A stretch of 64,000 nucleotides of DNA from Octopus bimaculoides (lineage: Eukaryota): positions 63,558,274 through 63,622,273 of the forward strand of contig NC_068992.1 of assembly GCF_001194135.2 (NCBI RefSeq), in the 5' to 3' direction. Below, piece after piece: positions 12,216-24,373 of the stretch. A model generated the notes under the pieces. The model was not told the DNA's origin. It did no database searches and was given only the letters and a program-made list of their open reading frames with translations. The number at the start of each line of letters is the position of its first letter. The first letter of the stretch is position 1. A program made the translations under genes and the position numbers.

Positions 12216-13818
12216 CAACTTATTGTCTAGGGCCTCATATTATGAAATACAAACTCCAGGCCTGGCAAGTTTCCTTAAACATTTAAATCTATTTTGATTA
12301 TGGCTTCAGAAGAAAAGTAATTTTTCAAATCGTTAAAAACAATCTCTGATTCAAGAATCGAAATTAATTGAAGAAATTTCGTAAATCAAAATTATAATTT
12401 AAAAAACGAAAGGAAATTTGGATTTGTTGAGAAAGAGTTTAATCATAAAATACGGTTTTCGTTTCGTTCCATCTGAAAGACAAAAAGAAGCCAATAATGT
12501 CTCATTTAATTTTTGTTCTCTAGCAATTAATACGCTTTTCCATTAATAATACAATATAATTTTTATTCAGTTTAAATGAATTTTGATTTAATAAATTATT
12601 ATTTGAATAATAAACAAGATAATTTTCACGAATTTTTTTTCTTTCTTTACAAAATTAATATTCATCCAGGATAACTTTGTTTTGTTTTTTGTTGCCTTTT
12701 TTTGGTGGGGTTAGATATTTATTCGATGAAATTATATACAAGGCAGTCAGCTCTTCTTTCGATTCATCGGTCTGAGTATTCGTGACTGACGAGTCACACC
12801 ATGTCTAAACACCGGTGTCCCAGAATCCCCTGTACGAATGAATCGAGTGTGTTATTAAAGCTTATTCGTCGTATTGTAAAGGCGAACACAACAGCGTTTA
12901 GCACATTCGCGTTCGAATCTACTGGAACGTGTTAAAAATAAATAAGCCTCATTTTCTCTTCTGTTACACAGTAACTTCTTTACTTTAAGTGATAAAGCTG
13001 TAGTGTCTCTGCAATTCTGGGAGACCTGTTTTCTTTAAAGGGAAGGCATGTTCTCTGATGGTTAGTGTCGCACTCACGATCGCAAGATCGTGGTTTCGAT
13101 CCCCAGAACGAGTGGGGAAAGAAAGCAACCGGTTTAAAAAGACACCAACAGACTGCAGCAATTCACCACATTCCAGAAGCTGCTTTGAACATAATGCAAA
13201 ACGGTGCATCATCATCTACTGCCCAATCTGATAGAATTCTGGCAGAACCGTGTAGCAACAGATCGCCAGCAATTGCTTCATCAGAAATTGCCGTCCTACC
13301 TCCTGCGAAAAGGAATTATCCTGCTATGTATAATCAAGGCAGCGCAAAAAGTTGTTTTGCACAAGCATTTGTATAGCCAATTAGACGGATGAAATTTACG
13401 TACACTTAATAATGTTACACAAAACAGCCTTCAGACTTTCCCTATTAATTNNNNNNNNNNNNNNNNNNNNNNNNNNNNNNNNNNNNNNNNNNNNNNNNNN
13501 NNNNNNNNNNNNNNNNNNNNNNNNNNNNNNNNNNNNNNNNNNNNNNNNNNNNNNNNNNNNNNNNNNNNNNNNNNNNNNNNNNNNNNNNNNNNNNNNNNNN
13601 NNNNNNNNNNNNNNNNNNNNNNNNNNNNNNNNNNNNNNNNNNNNNNNNNNNNNNNNNNNNNNNNNNNNNNNNNNNNNNNNNNNNNNNNNNNNNNNNNNNN
13701 NNNNNNNNNNNNNNNNNNNNNNNNNNNNNNNNNNNNNNNNNNNNNNNNNNNNNNNNNNNNNNNNNNNNNNNNNNNNNNNNNNNNNNNNNNNNNNNNNNNN
13801 NNNNNNNNNNNNNNNNNG

Positions 13819-13880
13819 GATCTCGGCGGAATTCGAACTCAGACCAGAAGACGTGCTAACGATTCCGCCAGCTCGCAGCC
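13819..13880 (-). mobile_element. SINE family B head (gap-truncated)
   Basis: ctcggcggaattcgaactcag...gtgctaacgattccgccagctcgc. Confidence 0.8.
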
Positions 13881-13984
13881 TTTTATAACTTAGACATCTT
13901 AGATTGGTTTCGGCCATTATCGGCTAAGGCCATGATTAAGTCATTAGCACAAACTGCAAAAGTCTTTTAGTTGATTATTTCAGG

Positions 13985-14410
13985 ACACCATGGACGACTC
14001 AAGCAGAGAGTTGTTGGCTGAGGCGTATCCAAGTGTAGGTGGTTTATCCGGTATTTCCTGGAGGAATTTGTCCAGGTACCGTTGTGGGGTCTTTTTCTAC
14101 TTTAATTTCTTTCGGAATAACATTGAAAAGAGCAGGACCATTTGCACTGAAGAAAGCGTGCCGCAATGTTCTTATGTGATGTAGTGTCGCCCTCTGTAGG
14201 GGACTCATTGCATTGTAGGAGACGCATTGTAAGGGACGCATTGCACGGGGCCCAGTCTTGAGTGAATTGTAAACATAATACCGATATCATTTGGATAATA
14301 TTGGTGGAATATTTTCCACGTGGTTCAAATAATGTATCGCTCACGGTGGCGTTGCAGGGAATAGAGTTTCAGCTGTTTAAGTCGAACCCAGTAATCAAGT
14401 CCTGTCTATA
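13985..14410 (-). pseudogene. CR1/L2-type LINE reverse transcriptase C-terminus / 3' end
   Basis: Minus-strand translation LDYWVRLKQLKLYSLQRHRERY...FFSANGPALFNVIPKEIK is typical of CR1-clade ORF2 ends. Confidence 0.8.
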
Positions 14411-14424
14411 TGTATAGTATAGCG

Positions 14425-14622
14425 GCTTCAAATTTTGGCATAAGGCCAACAGGTTTGGAGGAGGGCCGATGTCAATTAAGTCGACCCCAGTGTTCAACTG
14501 GTAATTATTTTAAGACGAAAGGCAAAGTCGACCCCGGTAGAATTTGAACAGGGAGCATAAAGACAAACAAAATGCCGCCAGCATTTCGCGCGGTGTGCTA
14601 ACGATTCCACCAGCTGGCCGTC
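14425..14622 (-). mobile_element. SINE family B
   Basis: Tail aaattttggcataaggcc through head gtgctaacgattccaccagctggccg. Confidence 0.85.
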
Positions 14623-14708
14623 TTGTATATAGTGACGTAAATATGTAAGCAACATCGGTGTTAAGTTTTCCAAAGATGTTATTTCGATACTATAGGATGT
14701 GTGTGTGT

Positions 14709-14759
<51 letters not shown>

Positions 14760-15994
14760 TGTGTATGTGTGTAGACGCTATAAAAACAATCATGCGAAAA
14801 ATTCAAAACAAAATGTGGCATTATGGAATATTTATGGATNNNNNNNNNNNNNNNNNNNNNNNNNNNNNNNNNNNNNNNNNNNNNNNNNNNNNNNNNNNNN
14901 NNNNNNNNNNNNNNNNNNNNNNNNNNNNNNNNNNNNNNNNNNNNNNNNNNNNNNNNNNNNNNNNNNNNNNNNNNNNNNNNNNNNNNNNNNNNNNNNNNNN
15001 NNNNNNNNNNNNNNNNNNNNNNNNNNNNNNNNNNNNNNNNNNNNNNNNNNNNNNNNNNNNNNNNNNNNNNNNNNNNNNNNNNNNNNNNNNNNNNNNNNNN
15101 NNNNNNNNNNNNNNNNNNNNNNNNNNNNNNNNNNNNNNNNNNNNNNNNNNNNNNNNNNNNNNNNNNNNNNNNNNNNNNNNNNNNNNNNNNNNNNNNNNNN
15201 NNNNNNNNNNNNNNNNNNNNNNNNNNNNNNNNNNNNNNNNNNNNNNNNNNNNNNNNNNNNNNNNNNNNNNNNNNNNNNNNNNNNNNNNNNNNNNNNNNNN
15301 NNNNNNNNNNNNNNNNNNNNNNNNNNNNNNNNNNNNNNNNNNNNNNNNNNNNNNNNNNNNNNNNNNNNNNNNNNNNNNNNNNNNNNNNNNNNNNNNNNNN
15401 NNNNNNNNNNNNNNNNNNNNNNNNNNNNNNNNNNNNNNNNNNNNNNNNNNNNNNNNNNNNNNNNNNNNNNNNNNNNNNNNNNNNNNNNNNNNNNNNNNNN
15501 NNNNNNNNNNNNNNNNNNNNNNNNNNNNNNNNNNNNNNNNNNNNNNNNNNNNNNNNNNNNNNNNNNNNNNNNATATATATGTATGTATGTATGTATATAT
15601 GTATGTATGTATGTATGTATGTTTGTATGTATAAAACAAATAAGGAGAATTATACACCTAGACGGTTTTTATTATTAGAGTCATTTCTACAGTATCCATT
15701 TTTTTAAAAATGAGTGTGTGAAATAATTGTTTCTGCAGAGAGTTTAAATGCATTTTTAAAATCCAAACTATTAATTATTATGTGTTATGTTATAAACATT
15801 AGATATCATGTAATATATATGAAAAAACTTGGGTAAGCATCCTGTATAGCTTCCCAGATATTCATGTGTATGCATCAGCAACTTGTATGAGTAATATATC
15901 CATATGTATATATATATGTGTGTGTGTGCAAGTATATATATATATATATATATAGATATATGGATATGGATATCTACTTATATAAATAAATGCT

Positions 15995-16176
15995 TATTGG
16001 TTTCAAAGTTTGGTACTAGACCAGGAATTTCAGGGGAAGGGGTAAGTCAGTTGGTACTTATTTTATCGACCAGGCAAAGTCGACTTTGGGGGAATTTGAA
16101 CTCAGAATGTAAAGAAGGACGAAATGCCGCTAAGCATTTCGCCCTCCGTGCTAACGACTCTGCCAGCATGTCGCCT
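15995..16176 (-). mobile_element. SINE family B with internal deletion
   Basis: ggtttcaaagtttggtactagacc...gtgctaacgactctgccagcatgtcgcc. Confidence 0.85.
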
Positions 16177-16192
16177 TTATGTAGATTGATGA

Positions 16193-16237
<45 letters not shown>

Positions 16238-16870
16238 TGTGCGTTTGTNNNNNNNNNNNNNNNNNNNNNNNNNNNNNNNNNNNNNNNNNNNNNNNNNNNN
16301 NNNNNNNNNNNNNNNNNNNNNNNNNNNNNNNNNNNNNNNNNNNNNNNNATATATATATACATATACCCACTTATAAGTTGAGTATATGTGTGTGTTTTTG
16401 TGTGTTTGTGTGTGTGTATGTGTGTGTGCGTGTGTGTGTGTGTATGCGTGTGTGTACGTGTCGGTATTGCTACACTAAAAAATATCTCATTACTACAATT
16501 CTCCGCACGATATCCATTTCTTCACGACAATTTATAAATATCCAAAAGCTTAGAATGACATTTACTTGATTTCCTCAATACAATCCTCTCTCGGGAGATT
16601 CTTACATCGTTTTGATAATGGTGTCTTAAGAAATATTTCTGTTGATCGATGCTGAGGAAGTATATGTGGATTTGACAAAAACACTTGTTCATTTCGAAAT
16701 AACATAACCAGCAAAGAATTATAATGCGATGTCTTTGGTAGTTCGTATCTGGTAACCATCACTGTGATTTGACTAGGCCAGACGTTTTGACAGATGATAT
16801 TATTCGTTTGTATCGACTCTTCTGCTTGAAAGGCCGGAAGGACGAAAGGAAAACTTGACCTCGGCAGTAT

Positions 16871-17370
16871 TAGCACTTTATAGTGCATCTGAGAACTTGT
16901 AGTGCACTTGAGTACTTCAAGTAAACCTGAGCACTTTGTAGAGCATCTGAGCACTCTGTAGTGCACTTGAGCATTTTGTAATGCATGAGCATTTCGTAAT
17001 GCGTCTGAGCACCTTGTAGTGCGTCTGAGCACCTTGTAATGCATCCGAGCACCTTGTAATGCATCTGAGCACTTGTAGTGCGTCTGAGCACTTTATAGTG
17101 CATCTGAGCACTTTATAGTGCGTCTGAGCACTTTATAGTGCGTCTGAGCCCTTTGTTGAACCACCAGCATTTTGCAGTACATCTGAGCACTTAGTAGTGC
17201 ACTTTGTAGTGCACCTGAGCACTTTGTAGTGCACCTGAGTACTTTGTAGTGCACCTGTGTACATTGTAGTGCAACTAAGCACTTTGTAATGCATCTGAGC
17301 AATTTATTGTGCACTTAAGTACTTTGTAGTGCACCTGAGCACTTGTGGTACTTGTAGTGAACCTGAGAAC
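16871..17370. repeat. ~20-bp minisatellite, about 25 units, consensus gagcactttgtagtgcatct
   Basis: Directly visible; each unit carries a GCACT-4nt-AGTGC dyad. Confidence 0.9.
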
Positions 17371-17477
17371 TGTATACAACAAGTCCATTATATTTCAATA
17401 CCCTTAAGTACTTTTCTTCGCATTCACTCAAATCGCCCAAATCTGCAATTCTTGAAATGCTTAATATAATTCTTTCC

Positions 17478-17723
17478 AGTCAAGGATCAAGGCCTAAAAT
17501 TTGGAGAGGAATGTTGTCGATGTTGAATCCCCATTTGCTTGTTGGTACTTATTTTATCGACCCTGAAAGAATGAAAGGCGAAGTCAATCTAATTGGAATT
17601 TGAACTCAGAACGTAAAGACAGAAAAAATGTCCACTTCGGTGGAATCTTAACTCAGAGCGTATGGATTGACGAAAAGCCGCTCAGAATTTTGTCTGACGT
17701 TCCGACCAGTCAGCCTGTTCGCC
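17478..17723 (-). mobile_element. SINE family B with duplicated head segment
   Basis: Two successive 'ggaat(t/c)t(g/t)aactcaga' segments. Confidence 0.75.
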
Positions 17724-17929
17724 GTTTGTTATGTGTTTATAATAAAACTACTTAATTCTTGGTGAATGTAATTAAGAAAATCTACGGAATGGGGTGGGAG
17801 TTAACCACAACGAACTGACATGGATACTTCGATACAGTTCTTCCGATCTGTTACATATAGCAGCGAAATCTCCCTCAAAATATATTAAAATAACACGTAC
17901 ACCATTTTGGTTCTAGATATACAACGGCT

Positions 17930-17936
17930 GTTGCTG

Positions 17937-18013
<77 letters not shown>

Positions 18014-18074
18014 GAAGTTATTGATGCTGTAGCTGCGGTTACTACTACTTGTACTGCCACAACAACTGCTACTT

Positions 18075-18122
<48 letters not shown>

Positions 18123-18205
18123 TTACTACTACTACTACTACTACTACTGCAGCTGCCTCTGCTGCTGTTGCTGCTGCTTTTGTTGTTGCTGCTGTTGCTG
18201 CTGCT
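17930..18205. repeat. (TAC)n/(CTG)n compound trinucleotide tract
   Basis: Directly visible. Confidence 0.95.
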
Positions 18206-18269
18206 CCTATAAAGGGTGAACGACCTGATTTGAATTTCAGGTCTATTTGAGGCCCTTTTCCTTCTACAG

Positions 18270-18348
18270 ACAAATATGCAGCTAATAGCTTTATCAGCTC
18301 ACCATTTTGGGAAGTATCAGCAACAGAGACAAAATGTGCACTAACTAG
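18270..18348 (+). CDS. Candidate internal coding exon (79 nt), gene unidentified
   Basis: Acceptor ggcccttttccttctacag, donor AG|gtgaaa, open frame xKYAANSFISSPFWEVSATETKCALT; end phase is compatible with 40733-40799. Confidence 0.35.
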
Positions 18349-18360
18349 GTGAAATATATA

Positions 18361-19602
18361 CAGGGTGCCGAAGAGATCTGAGGACAGATTTATGGTTTTA
18401 AAATAACGCTTATATAATAAAAAAAAAACTGTATTTTTATAAAAATAATATAAACATAAAGCTAAATAATCAATTTAATAATTTAATTCAATAAAACCAC
18501 CATAAGCATCAATAAATGCCTCTACGTGGGCTCGAAATCATTTACAAGCTCGGATTAACTGATTCTTGTTCATATCTGACACGACTCGAACTATGGTGGC
18601 TTTCAAAGAATCTTTGGTGCTATGGAGGTGTTCATTGATATTTTTCTCAACGATGCTTTATATCTAGTAGTCTAGTGAATTGAGATCTAGAGAATTAGGA
18701 GGCCAAATGTTGGGAGTGATGTGATCATGCAAATTGTCGGCCATCCGTTCTTGTGTTATTTGAGTCTTGTGTGATGGTGCAAAATTTTGTTGAAAGACAC
18801 AAGGCCTTCCATTGCATACATTGTTGATCCAAGGCTTAACAACTTTATCCAGAACCCTTATATACGCAGCAGTATTCATCCTAAGACCTTGAGAAAAAAA
18901 GTGAGGAGACATCACATGTCCTTCATAAACATTTTGTGTGCATTACTCTTGGAACCTCAGAAGGGTCTGCACATAGCCAACTGTCATTTCTTCTGTTAGT
19001 TTTCTGGTCCTGCTCAAAGTTTTTCTCATCTGAGAAAAAACAAACCACACCATCTTCCGATGGATTTTTAAGTTTGTTCAAAAGTCTTTTGGATCTGATT
19101 AAACGGTTTTCTTTTGTTTTGTTTTTTTTCTTACATGAATTGACCTCTCCTCGTCACGTAAGATTTGTGTCTGATGTCTTCATGCACAACATTTCTGATT
19201 GTTTGTTTTTTTCTGACAAACGAAAAGTTTCTGCAATTGACCTCATTGATTTTCTTGGATTGTCTTCAATGTTTTGCTTAACTTCCTGCATAAATTCAGG
19301 TGTCCTGATAGAATCAAAGCGTTTGGAATGTTTTGTACGCTTTGGTACAGGTAATACGCTTCCATCTTCTTTCTCTGACTCACACCGAATCTTGTGGACA
19401 AAAGATCTTGCAACTTTCAGAAAACGAGAAATTTTTAAATCATCATTCTTAACCTTCAAAGCCACAACCAAAGCATTCTTTTTGATTTCCTTTGTAAGCA
19501 TATGGTCTGTGATTGTTATTTTCTGAAATAGAAGTTCAATAAAAGTTAGTCAAATAAAATAATAACTAAAAATACGTGTCCTCAAATACCGTCCGCACCC
19601 AA
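18361..19602 (-). mobile_element. Tc1/mariner DD37D (maT-type) transposon, decayed
   Basis: Imperfect TIRs cagggtgccgaagagatctgaggaca / tgtcctcaaataccgtccgcacccaa flanked by TA. Transposase pieces: MLTKEIKKNALVVALK..., FFSDEKNF, VFQQNFAPSH-...-WPPNSLDLNSLDY with 37 residues between the 2nd (D>N) and 3rd catalytic positions. Confidence 0.9.
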
Positions 19603-20098
19603 TATACAGGCAATCCCACAGGCAGCCTTCGATCTGTTCTACCTAAGGAGATTTTTAACAGTATCGTATTGGCCAAAACATTAAGGTTGCTTCACACTTC
19701 ACTCTTGGTGTTCCGTAATTATTCTTAAACTTGTTTTTAAGAATAACTTTAACTTACCACACCGTCAAACACATACGCGCACAAATACTGTGCGCGTATA
19801 AGAATTTTTATGCGTAAAAATATGTGCATAAAAGAATTTTATGCATATATATACATAAATATTCATACATGTAGATATGCATATATACATACATATACAC
19901 ATGTATGTATATGTATATATGTGGGGGGTTGTATGTATGTATAAATGCATAAACATTCATTCACAGAATCACGTGTGCATGTACTAAAAAATAAATGTAG
20001 TTGCCATATGTATTTATACCTGTTTGCGTGTATATGTATATATTATATACACATTAATATACGTATATGTATGTATCTACATATCTATATCTATCTAT

Positions 20099-20154
<56 letters not shown>

Positions 20155-20253
20155 GGAGGGAGAGAGAGAGGGAGGGAGAGAGAGAGAAAGAGATATATTT
20201 TTTTTCAGTTATATTATGTATATGTACGTTTATATATAGATATATATACATAC

Positions 20254-20302
<49 letters not shown>

Positions 20303-20849
20303 NNNNNNNNNNNNNNNNNNNNNNNNNNNNNNNNNNNNNNNNNNNNNNNNNNNNNNNNNNNNNNNNNNNNNNNNNNNNNNNNNNNNNNNNNNNNNNNNNN
20401 NNNNNNNNNNNNNNNNNNNNNNNNNNNNNNNNNNNNNNNNNNNNNNNNNNNNNNNNNNNNNNNNNNNNNNNNNNNNNNNNNNNNNNNNNNNNNNNNNNNN
20501 NNNNNNNNNNNNNNNNNNNNNNNNNNNNNNNNNNNNNNNNNNNNNNNNNNNNNNNNNNNTATATATATGTATATATATGTATGTATGTGTGTGTGTGTAT
20601 GAATGAATTTGTGTGTGTATATGCACACTGAAGCGTTCTGTTACAGACTAAAGTGTACATGGACGTAAGTGTTGACGATGTGGCATGTAAGAGTGAATGT
20701 TTTTCTCTTTAACTTTTTATAGTTTGATTATGTTTCACTGCAAAGTTTGCTCTGTGAAATATATCAAGATTCAACAGAAGCGTATTAAAGTTGTTAGTGT
20801 GTCAGGACTAATTCTATGTTCTGTCGTCGTGTTTATTATTTTTAACTGA

Positions 20850-21040
20850 TTTCTGTCATAAGCACAAGGACACTGGGTTTGCGGTAGGAGGGAGTGTTTG
20901 ACGAGTGTGGGGTGGGGGGATAATAAAGTAATCAGCTATTCTGAATCCTGTAACTGACTGGTGTTTATGCAATGAGTCCTCAGAAAGGTGAAAAAAAAAA
21001 AAAGGAAATTCGACGACAGCGATATTTGAACTCAAATCCT
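20850..21040 (-). mobile_element. SINE family B, degenerate
   Basis: ataagcacaagg...ggaaattcgacgacagcgatatttgaactc. Confidence 0.6.
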
Positions 21041-21058
21041 TGCTTAGCTATAGCTATA

Positions 21059-21274
21059 CGAGGGTGCTGAAAAGTTCCTGGCGTTAAGGGTATCACGGAA
21101 GACCTTGTTGGAGGCCCAACCTTCCGAGTTCTTTTACAATGCATAGAAAAACTGAAGGACCGCTGCGAAAAGTGTGTGAATCTGGGAGGGGAACATGTTG
21201 AATACGATCATAATTAACTTATCCTCCTGTATTTTCTTTTAACCCAAAGCCAGGAACTTTTCAGCACCTCCTCA
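21059..21274 (+). mobile_element. Mariner-derived MITE, copy 1
   Basis: TIRs cgagggtgctgaaaagttcctggc / gccaggaacttttcagcacc; interior encodes EKLKDRCEKCVNLGGEHVE* (mariner C-terminus). Confidence 0.9.
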
Positions 21275-21283
21275 TCCGTAAAT

Positions 21284-21323
<40 letters not shown>

Positions 21324-21362
21324 GTGTGTGTGTATATTTATGTATGTATACATGTATATATA

Positions 21363-21580
21363 CTAGGGGCTGCTGAAGAGTTCTTGACTTTAAGGGTATC
21401 TTGAAAAGTCTAGTTGAAGGCCCAACCGTCCGTGTTCTTTTACAGTGCTTGGAAAAGATGAAGGATTGCTGCAATAAGCACGTGAATGTGAGAGGTGTGT
21501 ATGTTGAATAAAATCATAATTAACGGATCCTCCTGTATTTTCTTTTACCGAAAGCCAGGATCTTTCCAGCAGCACCCTTG
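21363..21580 (+). mobile_element. Mariner-derived MITE, copy 2
   Basis: Colinear with 21059-21274 over its whole length. Confidence 0.85.
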
Positions 21581-21689
21581 CACTGTATGGCTCATGATCC
21601 ACCTTTCTACCGATTCCGCTAAATCAGAACTTGAAGACTGGAAGCGGAAATCATCGGCGCTTCGTCGCTGCTAAATATTTATTTTTTCG

Positions 21690-22190
21690 TTTGTTCTTCC
21701 TCATTTACGTCGGTGTCATTGATGGCTAAGAAGACCGAGTCTTGCGTCAAACAATAATCGACAGAGGTCACATCGTGTGGTAGGTGGAAGTCTTAGAGAC
21801 AGTTGGCAGGTTTCTTCATCACAACCGTTTATCGTCCTTATTTATTCGACGTTGTTCTTCAAAATCTTCTACGCCATTCTTGATGTCGTGATGCCACATT
21901 TTTCTGCATTCTGAATGTTGCTCCCAATATTTAGGATTAATTGATTGTGCTTTCATCGTCTATTTCGATTGGTGTTTGTAGCGTCTTATGGGGCAATTGC
22001 GTGATGTCTTACCGGTGCTGAGTTCACTGTGGAGGATTTGACGTAACCGTCTGAGGTTATTCATGCAGCAGACATAACTTGCATATCTGAAGTAAAATTT
22101 GGTGATGCTGGCCTCCGTGTTGTTGGCTTTGGGTCCTTCAGGGACTGCAAAATTGTTAGCACAGTTATCCCATAATAATAGATGTTTTGA
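21690..22190 (-). pseudogene. RTE-clade (BovB-like) LINE 3' end
   Basis: Minus-strand translation RRLRQILHSELSTGKTSRNCPIRRYKHQSK*TMK...WEQHSECRKMWHHDIKNGVEDFEEQRR, then a CDLCR..RLGLLSH zinc-knuckle-like end. Confidence 0.8.
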
Positions 22191-22720
22191 GAATTATAAA
22201 CGAAAGATATAGACGGCAGAAAACCTACACAAATACCTGGGTTTTACATATAAGCACAACAGAGCACAACAGAGGGGAAATAGACACAGTACAATACAAT
22301 AGATTGGTAAAGGGGAACAAATCTATTTTCGTGCCCCGAGGTGGTGCTGGTGCATATAGTGACGCTAGTGTTGCATGTGATGGTCGTTGTGGTGGATGAG
22401 TTAGTAGATGTGGTACTGCTGCAGGTGGTGGTGGTGGTGGTGGCGCTGCTGCTACTACCTCTGCTACTGCTGCTACTTCTGCTGCTGCTGGTGGTATTGG
22501 AGGGATTTTAATATTCAAGTGTGTTGAACAACCCCCACCCATTCCATCTTTTTAGGGGATAACCCCCAAAATAGTCACTGGATCCTCTTTGGCTCTCGAA
22601 CTCTCAGAGTAATGTACTGGATCAAGACAACTCTCATTGGCCCTGACTGCACACATGTGTGTCCCAACGTGTACAATATGACATATGACACTAAAAGATA
22701 TTGCATACACACAAGCACAC

Positions 22721-22776
<56 letters not shown>

Positions 22777-23624
22777 NNNNNNNNNNNNNNNNNNNNNNNN
22801 NNNNNNNNNNNNNNNNNNNNNNNNNNNNNNNNNNNNNNNNNNNNNNNNNNNNNNNNNNNNNNNNNNNNNNNNNNNNNNNNNNNNNNNNNNNNNNNNNNNN
22901 NNNNNNNNNNNNNNNNNNNNNNNNNNNNNNNNNNNNNNNNNNNNNNNNNNNNNNNNNNNNNNNNNNNNNNNNNNNNNNNNNNNNNNNNNNNNNNNNNNNN
23001 NNNNNNNNNNNNNNNNNNNNNNNNNNNNNNNNNNNNNNNNNNNNNNNNNNNNNNNNNNNNNNNNNNNNNNNNNNNNNNNNNNNNNNNNNNNNNNNNNNNN
23101 NNNNNNNNNNNNNNNNNNNNNNNNNNNNNNNNNNNNNNNNNNNNNNNNNNNNNNNNNNNNNNNNNNNNNNNNNNNNNNNNNNNNNNNNNNNNNNNNNNNN
23201 NNNNNNNNNNNNNNNNNNNNNNNNNNNNNNNNNNNNNNNNNNNNNNNNNNNNNNNNNNNNNNNNNNNNNNNNNNNNNNNNNNNNNNNNNNNNNNNNNNNN
23301 NNNNNNNNNNNNNNNNNNNNNNNNNNNNNNNNNNNNNNNNNNNNNNNNNNNNNNNNNNNNNNNNNNNNNNNNNNNNNNNNNNNNNNNNNNNNNNNNNNNN
23401 NNNNNNNNNNNNNNNNNNNNNNNNNNNNNNNNNNNNNNNNNNNNNNNNNNNNNNNNNNNNNNNNNNNNNNNNNNNNNNNNNNNNNNNNNNNNNNNNNNNN
23501 NNNNNNNNNNNNNNNNNNNNNNNNNNNNNNNNNNNNNNNNNNNNNNNNNNNNNNNNNNNNNNNNNNNNNNNNNNNNNNNNNNNNNNNNNNNNNNNNNNNN
23601 NNNNNNNNNNNNNNNNNNNNNNNN

Positions 23625-23680
<56 letters not shown>

Positions 23681-23691
23681 ATATATCCATA

Positions 23692-24063
23692 TAGGTACCG
23701 GCGTGGCTGTGTGGTAAGAAGTTTTCTTTCCAACTACATAGTTCTAGGTTTAGTCCTACTGCGAGGTACCTTGAACAGATGTCTTTTACTATAACCTCGA
23801 GTTGACCAAATGCTTCTGAGTGGATTTGGTAAATTGAAACTGAAAGAAGCCCGTCGTATAAATACGTGTATCTTGGTATTAGTTCCCCATCAGCGTTTGA
23901 TAACCAGTGTTTACACTCCCGTAGAGGTTCGACAAAAAGAAACTGAGAGAATAAATTTAGAAAAAACAATAGTACTGAGGGAAGATTTCTTCGATTAAAA
24001 CAGTCAAAGCTGTGCTCCAGCTTGGTCGCGGTTTAATAGCTGAAACAGGTAGAAAATAAAAGA
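23692..24063 (+). mobile_element. SINE family A, full length, diverged
   Basis: Head ggcgtggctgtgtggtaagaag; tail gctgaaacaggtagaaaataaaaga. Confidence 0.9.
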
Positions 24064-24119
24064 TACGTCTTGTTAAATATTTTCGTGATTGAATAATAGA
24101 GTTGCAAAACTCAAGTTGA

Positions 24120-24373
24120 TTTATCTAGAAATGATAATATATTAAATCAACTTCAAATTGGAAAGAATTCAACAAAAACTACGAAACAATTTAATATATA
24201 CGAAGCAAAGAAACTGTCAAAATAAAAGATAGAAAGAAGAAAAATCAGAGCCAGTATCATAGCTGGATCTTCTGTCAGTTTAAAACATTCACCATTCTAG
24301 AGTGGAAACATGGAAACAATGGAAAAAGCTTTATTCATTTGGATAGAAGACAAAACTCAATATCATGACAATC
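24120..24373 (+). pseudogene. Tigger/pogo transposase N-terminal fragment (CENP-B-type HTH), runs into gap
   Basis: KIRASIIAGSSVSLK...METMEKALFIWIEDKTQ resembles the Tigger 'MEKALSLWIED' motif. Confidence 0.7.

Noticed and set aside
12783-12798. CTGACGA-GTCAC as a hammerhead core
   Set aside because: It is a simple GTGAC/GTCAC 5-bp hairpin with no downstream GAAA junction.
16871-17370. CRISPR-like array (short palindromic repeats)
   Set aside because: Units are contiguous with no unique spacers, there are no cas genes, and the context is eukaryotic.
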